A DNA stretch of 50,077 nucleotides. Source: Nemertoderma westbladi (Eukaryota > Animalia > Xenacoelomorpha). How positions within the stretch are numbered: position 1 is the stretch's first letter; each line of letters starts with the position of its first letter. The notes beneath the pieces were generated by a model. That model did no database searches, had not been told where the DNA came from, and was given only the letters and a program-made list of their open reading frames with translations. Positions 38,301-50,077 of the stretch are shown in pieces. The position numbers and the translations under genes are program-made. The stretch is taken from contig JAUCBJ010002688.1 of assembly GCA_032718475.1 (NCBI GenBank), positions 1-50,077 on the forward strand, written 5' to 3'.

Positions 38301-39576
38301 TGGTCTTCTTACGTCACTGCACCTCGAGTTGCAGCACCCGTCGCGTAGTCAGCTGCGCGTTACGTTTCTGCGGTACTTCTACACCCTTGACATGGAAGAA
38401 GCCATCACATGCATCCACTCGCAGTGTGCCCAATGCGCCGTGCTGCATTCCGCCCCACGGCTATCCATCGAGCAGTCGTCCGGTGACCCTCCGGCCGCCA
38501 TCGGAATCGCATTCGCTGCCAATGTCATCCGTCGCCATCGACAGTTCATCGTCATCCTCCGCGAAACCGCCTCGTTGTACTCCGCTGCCATGTTCCTCTC
38601 AGATGAACAACACACAATGTTGCGGGATGGCCTCCTCAATTTGTGCGTCGGTGTGTGCCCCCTTAGCGGCCCCCACGCAGTCATCCGTACCGATCCCACA
38701 CCCGGATTCCATACGCTAGTCGGCGACAAGGTTTTATCCACCCACCATATCCGTATTGAGTTGGGTCGCGCCAAAAATAAAGACAAAAATCCGGTCGCGG
38801 AACACGCCGTTCGCAAATTAGAAGACGAGCTCCTTAAACTCCATCCCTCCGGGGGACCCTACTCCGTTGTGTCCCTCGCCCTCGCCGTCGCCCGGTTAAA
38901 TGCGCGTATCCGGTCGAGTGGCGTATCCGCCCGAGAAATTCTGCTCCAACGCGATCAGTTTACTGGCACTCAACTCCCCCTCATCGATTCTGAGCTTATC
39001 GACCAGCAACATCGCCGTTGTTTGGCCAATCATCCCCATAGTGCACAGTCCAAAAATCCGCATCCCAGTAGCACCGCTAGGGATACTCTGTTAGAAGTAG
39101 GTGATATCGTCTACCTCCATGTCGATTTGCCGCAACTACAGGGCCGACCCCGGTACATTGTAGCGACAACGGACCAATCCTGGGTAAGTGTCCGGAAGTC
39201 CGTCGGTCTCCAACTGCGTTCGCAGGACTATCAGGTTCCGCGGTCCGAATGTTATCGCGTACCCTACCGCGATACCTCGGTACCTGCGGTCGACGAACCC
39301 TCGTCCAACGATGATGACGAGGGGTCGGCGGGTCTACCTTCCCCGCGACCAGCCGACACCGAACCGCCGGGTGAGCGAAATTACCAGGTCTCTCATCCGG
39401 TACCTTCTGTGCGTCCAACTACACCCCTTCCGGCACCAGCGCGCCCCCCATCACCCTCTTCGTCCCTAGACGAGGTGTTCCTCGGGTTCGACGATGTGGA
39501 CAACGTGCCTCCACACACCCGGCGTCCTCAGCGTCATACGCGCCCACCAGACTACTATGGGTTTCCTCCACCATGA
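35319..39576 (+). pseudogene. Disrupted gag-pol polyprotein (Gag, zinc knuckle, aspartic protease, RT, integrase)
   Basis: ATG at 35319; CPLC-x9-H-x4-C; protease LDSGA; [24 protein letters not shown]; integrase HLELQH...CAQC, IRTD, NPVAE; multiple frameshifts. Confidence 0.9.
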
Positions 39577-40014
39577 TTACACTACAATACTCAAGTTTTC
39601 CTACGTGTTTATGGTATCCCGTGCGTTACAGCGGCCATTACTACTGGCTCATAGTTTGTTTGCTTATTTGTATCCCTTTAGTATAGTTCTGTTTTTTTGC
39701 CAGTCTGTTCAATCCGCTATAAACTCATCGTAGTATTTGAGAAACTGACTGACCTTGTCCGTACGAAACTGAAAGTAATTTAGTTAGGCGTCTTCATGCG
39801 ATGTTCATTCTATATGTAGTATTATTAGTAGGAAAGCCGATCGTTGGTTAAATGTCCTTATTTAATCGTGCATACAGTTGTAGTATAACACGTACCGTAT
39901 CTATTCGCGAGAAAATGAAAGTAATTTAGGTAGGCCTTATCATTAGTCAATGCCGGCACCCTCTTTGTATTTTCAATTCCGAAAAGGGCAAAACTAACTA
40001 TCGAAAGGTAAAGT

Positions 40015-40036
40015 AGAAAGAAAGAAAAAAAAGGGA
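40015..40036 (+). promoter_or_regulatory. Polypurine tract
   Basis: AGAAAGAAAGAAAAAAAAGGGA immediately upstream of the 3' LTR. Confidence 0.85.
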
Positions 40037-40039
40037 TCA

Positions 40040-40378
40040 CGCCAGCCAACCGTCAAGCCGGTTGACAGACCTCGTGTGGTCACTAGTTAGAACACACCGG
40101 GTGACATCATACTGCTATGTGTAAGACCGGTCCCCCGGTGAGCAGGGTCTGACTATCGGATTACCTGGCTCTGCACGCTTGCGGAGCTGTATCACCTTTA
40201 CCCCGACTGCTGGATAGCAGACCTGCTCCTTTACCGTGATACTGCTTATGTGTATGATCGTATTGCTACTGTAGCCATTTACCTATGTTATATGTAACAT
40301 TATTACCCGGTATCAGTTATATGTTAATACACCAGTCACCTACGTGTCCGCGACACTTGTACTTTTTACCCTCTGGCG
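40040..40378 (+). repeat. 3' LTR (339 bp)
   Basis: Begins CGCCAG, ends CTGGCG (6-bp inverted termini). Confidence 0.95.
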
Positions 40379-40848
40379 CCGAACAAAATAAGCGGGGGTT
40401 TGGGGGCGGCAGCCTCCAAGAAAAGAAGTAGGGGTTTGGGGGCGGCAGCCTCCAACAGAAGAAGCGGGGGTTTGGGGGCGGCAGCCCCCAATTAAAAGAA
40501 AAGCAAACAAAATTTGACTATAAAAATGTTTCTTTTATAATTTTGAAAAAACATGTCTAGATACAACTTGTCCTGTGTCCTACTTGGGCGGAGGGGAAGT
40601 GTCCGGGGGGAACTGTCCGGGGGGGAAGTGTCCTAGATCCATCTCAGCCTTGTACACCGGTCCATGCACACTTGCGCTAGCCTAAGCCTACTTACATGTA
40701 GTAAACAGGCAAATGGAAAATATTCAATACCAATATACGATTATACTACCCCCGCATGTATAGTACATATAAGGCATGCGGGGGCGGGGGGGGGGGGGGG
40801 GGGGGGGGGTATCTCATATCTGCGAATTATTATTATTATTACAGCTGG

Positions 40849-40988
40849 CATGTTATAAACGAGTCATTATAGCACATGTTATAAACGAGTCATTATAGCA
40901 CATGTTATAAACGAGTCAGTATAGCACATGTTATAAACGAGTCAGTATAGCACAGGTTATAAACGAGTGAATGAGTGATTATAGCACA
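40849..40988. repeat. 26-bp minisatellite CATGTTATAAACGAGTCAKTATAGCA, ~5 copies
   Basis: Direct repetition. Confidence 0.9.
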
Positions 40989-41593
40989 GTTACATTTGCT
41001 AAGAATCCACGTGTTTTTTTGCGTCGATTATCGTGTGGGTTCAATTTTCATTTAATAATAACATGTTGAATGTGTAGAATACAACATAATTAGGTTGAGA
41101 TAGTGGCGGGCGAATTTTGTTGAATTTTCGCGAGTGTGCTCGATGACATCGGGTACATCGGATAATGCTTTCCTCTGTCAGGGATTGATTCATGATCTGA
41201 TCATATCATTATGATCAAACATACACACACAGCATTCCTCTTAATCAGAACTATGTCAACGTCAAGATGACACAACTGTAATTACGAGTTCTCAATCCAA
41301 CGCCGATTGTTAAATCAGTAATACCTTGTCATTTTTTTGGAAGCAGTGTCTCATTACTTGTACATAAATTAAATTATTAATATCTTATCATCATAATCAT
41401 AGTTTGTGACCCCGAACCAAGACCAATATAATTAGCATTATAGGATTATATTATATACTTTGGAGACAAGCCATATAATGAGCGCCTCAGGATATTATAA
41501 TATTCTGTTATGCGTCCCGTTGCTTTTCCATTACCCCATGGCATGCATGCAAAACCTTGTATGTATTGCAAACTAATAATGGGTGATGAAAGT

Positions 41594-42801
41594 GGTGTTC
41601 GGACACTTCCCCCCCGGACACTTCCCCCCCGGACAGTTCCCCCCCGCTCAAGTAGGACACTTCCCCCCGGACACTTCCCCCCCAGACACTTCCCCCCCGC
41701 GGACACTTCCCCCCCGACTGTTCTTAACTTCGCACATTCGTATTTTTCATTTTGTAAGGTAAACGGACCGCTTGTATCCAGACAAGTTGTATCCAATTTT
41801 CCTTTCGTAGCTCAGAAAGTGATCTTTTACATCCCGATTTTACATTTTCTATCCAAGTTTTATTTATGGGTTTTATCAATGCAATTACATCGTATTGTTT
41901 GCTAATCTTTAAACAATTAATTATATTAGATGACCTATAAATTCCATCCCCGGAATGATATACTGTTTTTATTAACTATAGAATTATAATAATTAATTGT
42001 TTTAATTATAGGTATTATTATGTAATAGTCTTCTTCAAATTGTAGCAGATGGGGATGAAAGGGTAAAATCTCTCAGGGTAAAATCGACATGCGTCGACCT
42101 GTATTCTGTGTTCATGTTCAGCATTACATATTGATATACATACTACTATACATACTATATAGATATTATACACACTACATATTAAATTTCCTGGTTACTT
42201 GCAATATTTTTAATAGGATTTTGTTGAATTATATAATATTGTAGTAATTTATATATTAAATTGGTTAACATTCAATACAGCTCCTACTTTAGGCTTAGTC
42301 AATTTATTATCTGATGATACAAACATGAATTAATTATTTCAAAGTGGTCTTAAGTCTTTCACCACGGGCACTCAGGGAAATGCCGGGGCCTGGGGGCGAT
42401 AACCCCCAAGAAAAGAAGCGGGGGTTTGGGGGCGGCAGCCCCCAAGAAAAGAAGCGGGGTTTGGGGGCGGTACGGTAGCCCCCAACAAAAGAAGCGGGGG
42501 TTTGGGGGCGGCAGCCCCCAATTAAAACAAATTAAAAGAATTAAAGGAATTAAAAGAAAAACAAACAAAATTTGACTATAAAAATGTTTCTTTTATAATT
42601 TTGAAAAAACTTGTCTAGATACAACCTGTCCTGTAACCATCTTTAACTTTTGTTTATTGCTTTGATGCACCCAGATTAATTTTAACACTTTAACTGGGGG
42701 GGAAGTGTCCGGGGGGCAAGTGTCCGGGGGGGAAGTGTCCGGGGGGGAAGTGTCCTACTTGGGCGGGGGGGAAGTGTCCGGGGGGGAAGTGTCCTAGATC
42801 C
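41594..42801. mobile_element. MuDR/Rehavkus-like foldback MITE copy 2 (uninterrupted, 1208 bp), flanked by 90-bp direct repeats
   Basis: Ends GGTGTTCGGACACTTCCCCCC ... GGAAGTGTCCTAGATCC; AT-rich core highly similar to 34050-34740; flanks 41504-41593 and 42802-42891 identical. Confidence 0.92.
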
Positions 42802-43409
42802 TCTGTTATGCGTCCCGTTGCTTTTCCATTACCCCATGGCATGCATGCAAAACCTTGTATGTATTGCAAACTAATAATGGGTGATGAAAGTATATTGGAT
42901 TGTATTGGTCAAGTCCAATTAATATTATATTATAATACGATAAATTTACTGTAGGCCTACACTAAACAACGTACTCAACAAATGTTACATCGTGAAAATT
43001 AATTTCCATTTATTGAAATTTTGTAAGTAAGCCTACGATTGTTATTGATTTAGTGGTGGGAATCAATTTGGTAATTTACTTGCAGAATTCAAAGAGCCCG
43101 CGTCCCATATGCCATTTTGTCGTTTCTAAGTTGATGTTGAAGTTGCAGTGGCTAATTCTATTATTGTACCGTATTATTTGGACAAAATGTCACCTCATTA
43201 CCAACTCAAATACAAATTAAACGCGGATAAAGTGGTGAATATCTGTTTCCGGAAGATCTTCGGCTGAGTAGTCTGTTTCTGTCCGGATAATCTGTTTCTG
43301 TCCGGATAATCTGTCTCTGTCCTGCAGATCAGTTCCCGGATAGTTAGTTTCTCTCCCTAAAATCTGTTATATCCTTAAAATCTGTTTCTGCCCGGAAGCG
43401 GATTGTCTC

Positions 43410-43735
43410 TTTCCGGAAGATCAGTGCACTGATATTCTGTTTATTTCCGGAAGCTCTGAGTCCGGATAGTCTCCTTTTTCCGAAAGATCTGTGTCCGGAT
43501 AGTCTCCTTTTTCCGGAAGATCTGTGCACTGATATTCTGTTTATTTCCGGAAGCTCTGAGTCCGGATAGTCTCCTTTTTCCGAAAGATCTGTGTCCGGAT
43601 AGTCTCCTTTTTCCGGAAGATCTGTGCACTGATATTCTGTTTATTTCCGGAAGCTCTGAGTCCGGATAGTCTCCTTTTTCCGAAAGATCTGTGTCCGGAT
43701 AGTCTCTTTATTCCGGAAGATCTGTGCCCGGATAG
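43410..43735. repeat. 100-bp tandem repeat (3+ copies) made of three ~33-bp TCCGGA-rich subunits, with decayed monomers from ~43245
   Basis: GATCWGTGCACT recurs at 43419, 43519 and 43619. Confidence 0.9.
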
Positions 43736-46016
43736 CCTGTTTTTTTCAGGAAGATCATTGTCCGTGTCCTGTTCAATAATCCCTTTAAATTATAATTCAA
43801 AGATGGTGCCATACTGTATATCCTTGGGGTGGGGGGATATACTGGTTAAGTCAACATCTTGAAAGGTATAGTACTGAAAAATGTGAATATCTGTAGAAAT
43901 AAATTGTGAGATACATTTCGGTTGGACGAATATACTGGATTGAAATAAATAAAATTCATTTTTTACGCCCCTTATTGGCCAGTGCCCAAATATATATATT
44001 TGACATAAAAATCCTACTGCTTTTGTTATGCTTTATTTTCAGAAGTTGTAACCTGTTTTTGGAATCAGCATGGTCAATTACGTGAAAAAAATCGAGCATA
44101 ATTTTTGTTTCGTACTTTTCAAGGAAAAGACCGCTTTTATTCAAATCGAAAAGGTCATACGCCTCAGTGAAAAGGTCATACACCATTGCTCGTGAAGTAA
44201 AAGAGATCTTGCTAAACGGTTTTCAGCATTGGTAATAATAATCTGCTCTGGACGAAAAGTAAAAACAGATCTGTTGAAAAACCAGTACCCCCCCCCATCC
44301 CACTTATGCACTTCCACAGTAGGACTACTGCGGTAGTGTTCCTATTTTGCGTGAACCATGACTTTATGTCTCGGAGGGCAGGATTAAATAAGTGTGTCAC
44401 AAATAAAGGTTAACCAAAGAACAAGTTGCCTTTAAATAGCCTCATATTCGTATCTGATGTAGAAAGAACATCGATCCACCATCATAAGGGTTAATTATTC
44501 GTAACGGGCATGCTCGGTATGCACTTTGGGGGAGATCGACAATATTGACGTGTTGCCTAACAGCAGCTTGTGTGTTGTATGTCAGAAAGGTGGCAACATC
44601 ACTCTGTAAGCCTTCCACTATTATGTTGGTGTATCTCGTTTGCGAGACAGGAAAACAAATAGGAAAGAATGGGAAGGCGATAAATTGTCAAGTAATCGAT
44701 ATCATGGGCCTACAATACTCTACAACATAACTCGTATACCACCGTAAATATATTTAGTTAAGAAGATAACATGATTAGGCCTACTGAGATATTTCGGTTC
44801 GTCAACGAATGCAAATTTGGTTAAAGAAGTGTGCTCCCATTTCGCTCCAGTCTCCCGTTGATTTTATGTAGGTAAAAGAGTCAAAGGGTCGAAGGGTCGA
44901 AAAGATATTTTAAAGAACAAACAGCACTGACAACAAAAATAAGGGAAAGGAGCAGGTTACAGAGGCAGCATTTTCTAAGCAGAGGAGTCGAAAAGATGTT
45001 GTTACCAATTGAGGTAAAGGAATATAATATTAAAATGAAAACTATACCATTTCGACACTTCGAACCGTTGAACAGAAACGCTCCCATTTCAAAAAGCTGT
45101 TATTATAACTATCTCGACCGAAAGCTTGGTCAACACAATATTTCCAGTTAGTGATAAAACTAGATTTTAAGAGGCGCCACACGGCGGATTTCTAAAGAAA
45201 GTAACCAATAGGCAAAGGCCTATCCAAATCATTTTATTTCCAATAGATGGCGCAATTTGCATACAGAACATAATATGTACAACGTGATAGTAAGTATTCT
45301 TATCGCATTTTGAAACATTAGTATGAAACACGTGCACGTGCACGTTAATATACCTTTTTTAATTTTTTCGTTCCTTTAGGAGCTAAGTTCCGCAGCCTAC
45401 TTAAGTTAATTTTGTATTTACTTTTCTCACTTCAATTGGTTTCATAATATAGCCCGCTCTTGAATCATGCGGATTTTGGCAATATAATTTATTTACTAAA
45501 ACATCTAAAGTCCACCATTACGGTACACGTTTAGTTACCAGTGATTCATTTTATGTACCTCCAATCAAACTACAGTAGTAGTAGCCATGCAATCAATACG
45601 TTACCAGGGACCTATACTCTGGAACTCAATAGGAACCGATTATTGAAATTCTAAAACAAAAAGGTATTTTTCGGTTAAATTAAAACGTAAATTACTTAAT
45701 AATAATAGGCTTACTTAAATGATATATTTATTAGTAATAATTAACCCAAATGGTCTGTCTGGTGCTTTCTACTAAATTTAATTTGTCTAATTTATTGCAT
45801 TATTGTTTTAGATTAATAGGCATCAATTAGATATGTGTTGCGTTGATATGTTGCAGCTACGAATTAGTCTACCAACAATTAATACCATTGTATAATAATG
45901 TAGTAATATTTTGATAACGACAGACCATTGAGTTTACTAAATAAATATATCTTCTTTATTTTTGATTAATGTCATATATAATACATACAATAGTTTAAGG
46001 GACCCCAGTAGTAGAA

Positions 46017-46380
46017 TCTTGGCCGGCTTTGGGACAGTTGGACCCAACTGACACCCATTGGGTACCCAATGACACCCAATTAACACCCCTAGGGTGTCAT
46101 TGAGTGACCCATTGGGTGTCATATGACACCCAATTAACACCCATAGGATGTCATTGGGTGTCAATGGCCCCAGACTGTCTGGGTGACACCTCCTAATTAG
46201 GCTAATTAGACCCTAATTGACAGGTGTCATCAATTAATTAGTACAATTAAACCCTAATAGGTGTCTTATGACTCCTAATTAGGGTTTAATTGATTATAAT
46301 TATTATAATTGATAGACTGATTAGCGCCCGGACACGCAATGGTTATCAGTGTTGTCCAACTGTCGCAAAGCTGCCCAAGA
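46017..46380. mobile_element. Possible MITE with ~45-bp imperfect inverted repeats and internal GACACC/GGTGTC repeats
   Basis: TCTTGGCCGGCTTTGGGACAGTTGGAC vs GTCCAACTGTCGCAAAGCTGCCCAAGA. Confidence 0.55.
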
Positions 46381-46769
46381 GGGTGTCATAAGTGACACCT
46401 CTGCTCTTTTATTTATTGGTACTTATTTATTTGTATTTAATTTTAATTTATTTAATTGTATTACTTTTACTTTAATTAATTGATTTCTTCTATTTTTAGA
46501 TTTACCGATAAATAGTTTTTATTACTTACCGAATGACGTCATTGTTGGCATAGACTTTCAGCTGACTATACTTAGCCCTAGGGTATACAGGTCCTAACTA
46601 GTAACTAATTACTCTTATCTTTCCAGACAGCTTTATCGTTGACCTTTGACCCCCAATTAGCTTTAACCAAGCAACAGGTTTTTAATAATAGTTGTATCCA
46701 AGTGCCCCGCCCCCTCTTGTGACACCTCAGATTACTAATTACTCTTAGCTATATCCAGCCGTCTGCAGT

Positions 46770-47340
46770 TCTATAGTCTGCCGCTAGAGGGCGTATTATA
46801 TGAAAATTAACATCTTCTCTAACTTTGTTATTTTCATTCCGATTAGGTTTAAACTCGGTATGCATCTACTACGGCATAGGCTATATCTTTTACAGAGTTG
46901 CAGAGTAGTCTGAGGTTCCCCAGTCTGCCGCTAGAGGGCGTATTATCTGAAAATTAACATCTTCTCTAACTTCGTTAGTTACAATCCGCTTAGGTTTAAA
47001 CTCGGTAGGTATCTACTATATCATAGGCTATATCTTTTATAGTAGTAGTCTTAAGTTCCCCAGTCTGCCGCTAGAGGGCGAATTGTAAACATGATCTCAT
47101 TTGATTGTTTTTAATCCGCTTAGGCTGAAACTTGGTAGGCATATGGAATGGGCTATATTTTACCGAGGAGTTTGACCAGCCCGCAGTTCTCCAGTCCATC
47201 GCTAGAGGGCGAAATGTTTGAAAGTGAAAACCTGATTTCATTTGATTGTTCTTAAACCATTTAGGCTGAAACTTGGTAGACATCTACTATATCATAGGCT
47301 ATACTTTACTGCGGAGATTGATCGACCCGCAGTTCTCCAG
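46770..47340. repeat. Four diverged 131-147 bp tandem units, each with CCGCTAGAGGGCG; resembles the internal repeats of Helentron-associated elements
   Basis: Motif at 46781, 46928, 47068, 47199; each unit also has TAGG(T/C)T(T/G)AAACT(C/T)GGTA. Confidence 0.75.
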
Positions 47341-47403
47341 TCTCGGATTTAAGACCTGAGGCACTCATAAAGTCTCGAGTTTTAGGTTTGAGCCACAGAA
47401 TCT

Positions 47404-48075
47404 GCCTCACTGAGGCTTAGACTAAGCCTCACACTGAGGCACTGAGGCACAGACTATACCTCACTCAGGCACAGACTATGCCTCACTGAGGCACAGATTA
47501 TGCATCACTGAGGTACTGAGGCACAGACTATGCTTCACTGAGGCACAGACTATGCCTCACTGAGGCGCAGACTATGGCTCACTGAGGCTCAGACTATGCC
47601 CCACTGAGGCAAAGACTATGCCTCACTGAGGCACTGAGGCACAAACTATGCCTCGTTGAGGCACAGACTATGCCTCACTGAGGCACAGACTATGCCTCAC
47701 TGAGGCACAGACTATGCCCCACTGAGGCACTGAGGCAAAGACTATGCCTCACTGAGGCACAGACTATGCCTCATTGAGGCACAGACTATGCCTCACTGAG
47801 GCACTGGGACATAGACTATGCCTCACTGAGGCACAGACTATGCCTCACTGAGGCACAGACTATGCCTCACTTAGGCACAGACTATGCCTCACTGAGGCAC
47901 AGACTATACCTCACTGAGGCACAGACTATGCCTCACTGAGGCACAGACTATACCTCACTGAGGCACAGACTATGCCTCACTGAGGCACTGAGGCATACTA
48001 TGCCTCACTGAGGCACTGATGCACAGACTATGCCTCACTGAGGCACAGACTATGCCTCACGGAGGCACTGAGGCT
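47404..48075. repeat. 22-bp minisatellite ACTATGCCTCACTGAGGCACAG with an internal palindrome, roughly 27 units
   Basis: Direct repetition with occasional extra ACTGAGGC octamers. Confidence 0.93.
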
Positions 48076-48280
48076 CAGATTAAGTGTCTAAGGCCTTCAA
48101 GCTGATAATTTGCTTAGTTTTCTAATTAGAAGGTCGTGAGTTCGAACCCTAGAAGAGCATTATTCTTTTTTTCTAGCTCTTGGCTGACTCTAGTGTACAC
48201 TAGCTTAGACTCTCCCAGTTATAGTGATAGTATGCAACCTTGGGAGTTAATGCGCTGTCTTATGTGTAAAGGCCAAGATA
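48076..48280 (+). mobile_element. tRNA-derived SINE-like element
   Basis: Decayed A-box AAGTGTCTAAGGC, B-box GAGTTCGAACCC (48138-48149), 3' motif shared with the SINE at 8647. Confidence 0.5.
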
Positions 48281-48866
48281 TTAGACTTTTTTTTTAATTA
48301 CTTAAAATCTTGTCCCGCACTTGTGGAACTAAAAAAATTAAAATTCGTTAACAATTAGTTAATAATTTTAGTAATATAAATAAATTAATAATATATTCAT
48401 AATATTTCATGTTTATATTACTAATAACTTATTTGCAAATCGACTTGATATGTGTACAAAATTTTGTTAAATTTAATTCAGTACTTTTCCAGAAAAGTGT
48501 ACCTTTGTGTCCAAAAATGTTGTTTTGAGAATAATGCGTTCATAGTACTAAACAATAAAAATATGGTAGTATTTGCTAATAATCGCAGGCAATCTACCTT
48601 TCTGGCAGTGGTAATTCTCAAAACAACCTGTTTGATGATCAGATAATCAAAATTAATTATTTATATTATAAGTTTTATATTATAAATAATTATATAATTA
48701 TTAAATAATTATTATTATTTAAATTATATTAATTATTTCAAAAAAAATTTTAAATTTCACAATTTTTTTTCAGCAAAAATGTTTTCTGAGTAATTCCATT
48801 TTTGTTTAATTCTTTATGTTTCGGATTTATGTTTTTTGAAGGCGATCAAAATTATATCTTATATGT

Positions 48867-49360
48867 TTACTTACATACCAGTAATCGAGATGAACGCTTC
48901 AGTTCACGGCGAGATTCCCTTTCAGAGTTTTCTAGTTTGTTGAGCCGTTCAGCAACTCTAACACGTTCTTGGTCAATTTTTGTTAGCCCCCAGACTGTCT
49001 GTTCCCCGTGTTGTAGGCCAAATTTCTCAAATACTCGAAGTCTGATTAGCGCACCCTCATTATTATAAGTAGCCGCAGCATCGTAAAAACCAAGTTCAAG
49101 AATTTCAAGACCAACAAATACTCTTTTAGGGATTCTAACCCAAATAGAGCTGTTAAAACTTTCATTAATATTTTGCGTTTTACCATGAACACATTTTGAT
49201 AGCAATTTTGGATGTTATCGTAAATTGGTTTCATCAAATCCATAATAGGCCTAGGGATAGTTTTAGTGTGTTTATATTCACCAGATCCACATGCCTTGTA
49301 ATTGTTGTACTTACACCATGTTGGAGAATCTTTAGGGCAACAATGCTTTACAAAAGAGTT
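48867..49360 (-). pseudogene. C-terminal remnant of a Kolobok/Mutator-like DDE transposase
   Basis: HCCPKDSPTWCKY ... MKPIYD (frameshift) LSKCVHGKTQNINESFNSSIWVRIPK; truncated by a SINE fragment at 49366. Confidence 0.8.
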
Positions 49361-50077
49361 TGCAAGCGCAGGTTCAAATCCAACTAAAGCTTTATATATT
49401 TATAAAGTTTTATATATATATTTATAAAATGTATATTTATATATTTATATTTATAATTTATATCTCCCCCCATGCTATCTTCCCGGTGAGAAGATAGCAT
49501 CAACCTTAAGTGCGCTTCAATTCCGCTGGAATCCAATCTAATATTGGATGTGGGTGGGGTGGAATTTTCTTCTCGGGGTCAGGTTTCCAGGCCGGCCCCC
49601 TTGGGTCTGTTTTCACTACCCATCCTTGGAAAATCTGCGAGCTAAGCTGTACCAAGGCATCTGGCGTCTCTGTTTTAGACGATCGCCCTCACTCCTCACA
49701 CAATTTTATCTCTCGGACTTTGTTGTCTTTTCCTCTTTCACCAGTCCTTTAGGACTCATCCCCCTCCATGCTCGCTCCCCACGCTTGAGTCTCGCACCCT
49801 TTTACTTCCCCATACCCTAACACCTCCTCCCCATACTCCTGCTACACTCAACCCGGTTTCGCTGTCACTCTCCACACACTCTTATCGGGTCTCACACATG
49901 TGTGCACCATGCCAGTGAGATCCATCATTGTCCCGTTCTCCTGTTTCAGTCAATTAGTCCCCAGACCCAGTAGCTAATTGGAAAAGGTTATATCTGACTA
50001 TGATACGTATATATTGATTAGTTACCTATGTACATACTAATTGCACTTAGTTAAATTGCAAAATTGCACTTAGGAGT

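Larger units (their letters stand above)
34747..40378 (+). mobile_element. Gypsy-like LTR retrotransposon with CG...CG termini (Troyka-like), decayed
   Basis: Two 339-bp LTRs, PBS, PPT, gag-PR-RT-IN order, apparent 3-bp TSD CTG/CCG. Confidence 0.93.
33976..40640. mobile_element. MuDR/Rehavkus-like foldback MITE copy 1 (about 1 kb), interrupted by the LTR retrotransposon
   Basis: Ends GTTGTTCGGACACTTCCCCCC ... GGGGGAAGTGTCCTAGATCC, subterminal GGACACTTCCCCCCC repeats, perfect 9-bp TSD ATCTCAGCC (33967-33975, 40641-40649); colinear with 41594-42801. Confidence 0.9.

Overview
Repeat-rich, AT-rich animal (probably invertebrate) genomic DNA, not prokaryotic. The only clear host gene is an intronless EAG-family (Kv10/KCNH1/5-like) potassium channel (3991-7098, minus strand). 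The rest is a nested mosaic of mobile DNA and tandem repeats. There are two families of RTE-like LINEs (one near full-length decayed copy plus fragments), and a decayed Gypsy-like LTR retrotransposon with non-canonical CG...CG termini and an apparent 3-bp TSD (Troyka-like). That element sits inside a MuDR/Rehavkus-like MITE, and a second copy of the MITE is flanked by a 90-bp perfect direct repeat instead of 9 bp. Also present are another 9-bp-TSD MITE, tRNA-derived SINEs, a Kolobok/Mutator-like transposase remnant, two large satellites (36 bp and 34 bp) sharing a core motif, and a ~2.4-kb purine/pyrimidine foldback split by a LINE. An orphan H2B-type promoter module and a tandem array of CTCF-like motifs are also seen. 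Most long ORFs in the track are artefacts of tandem repeats. All alignments and counts were done by eye.
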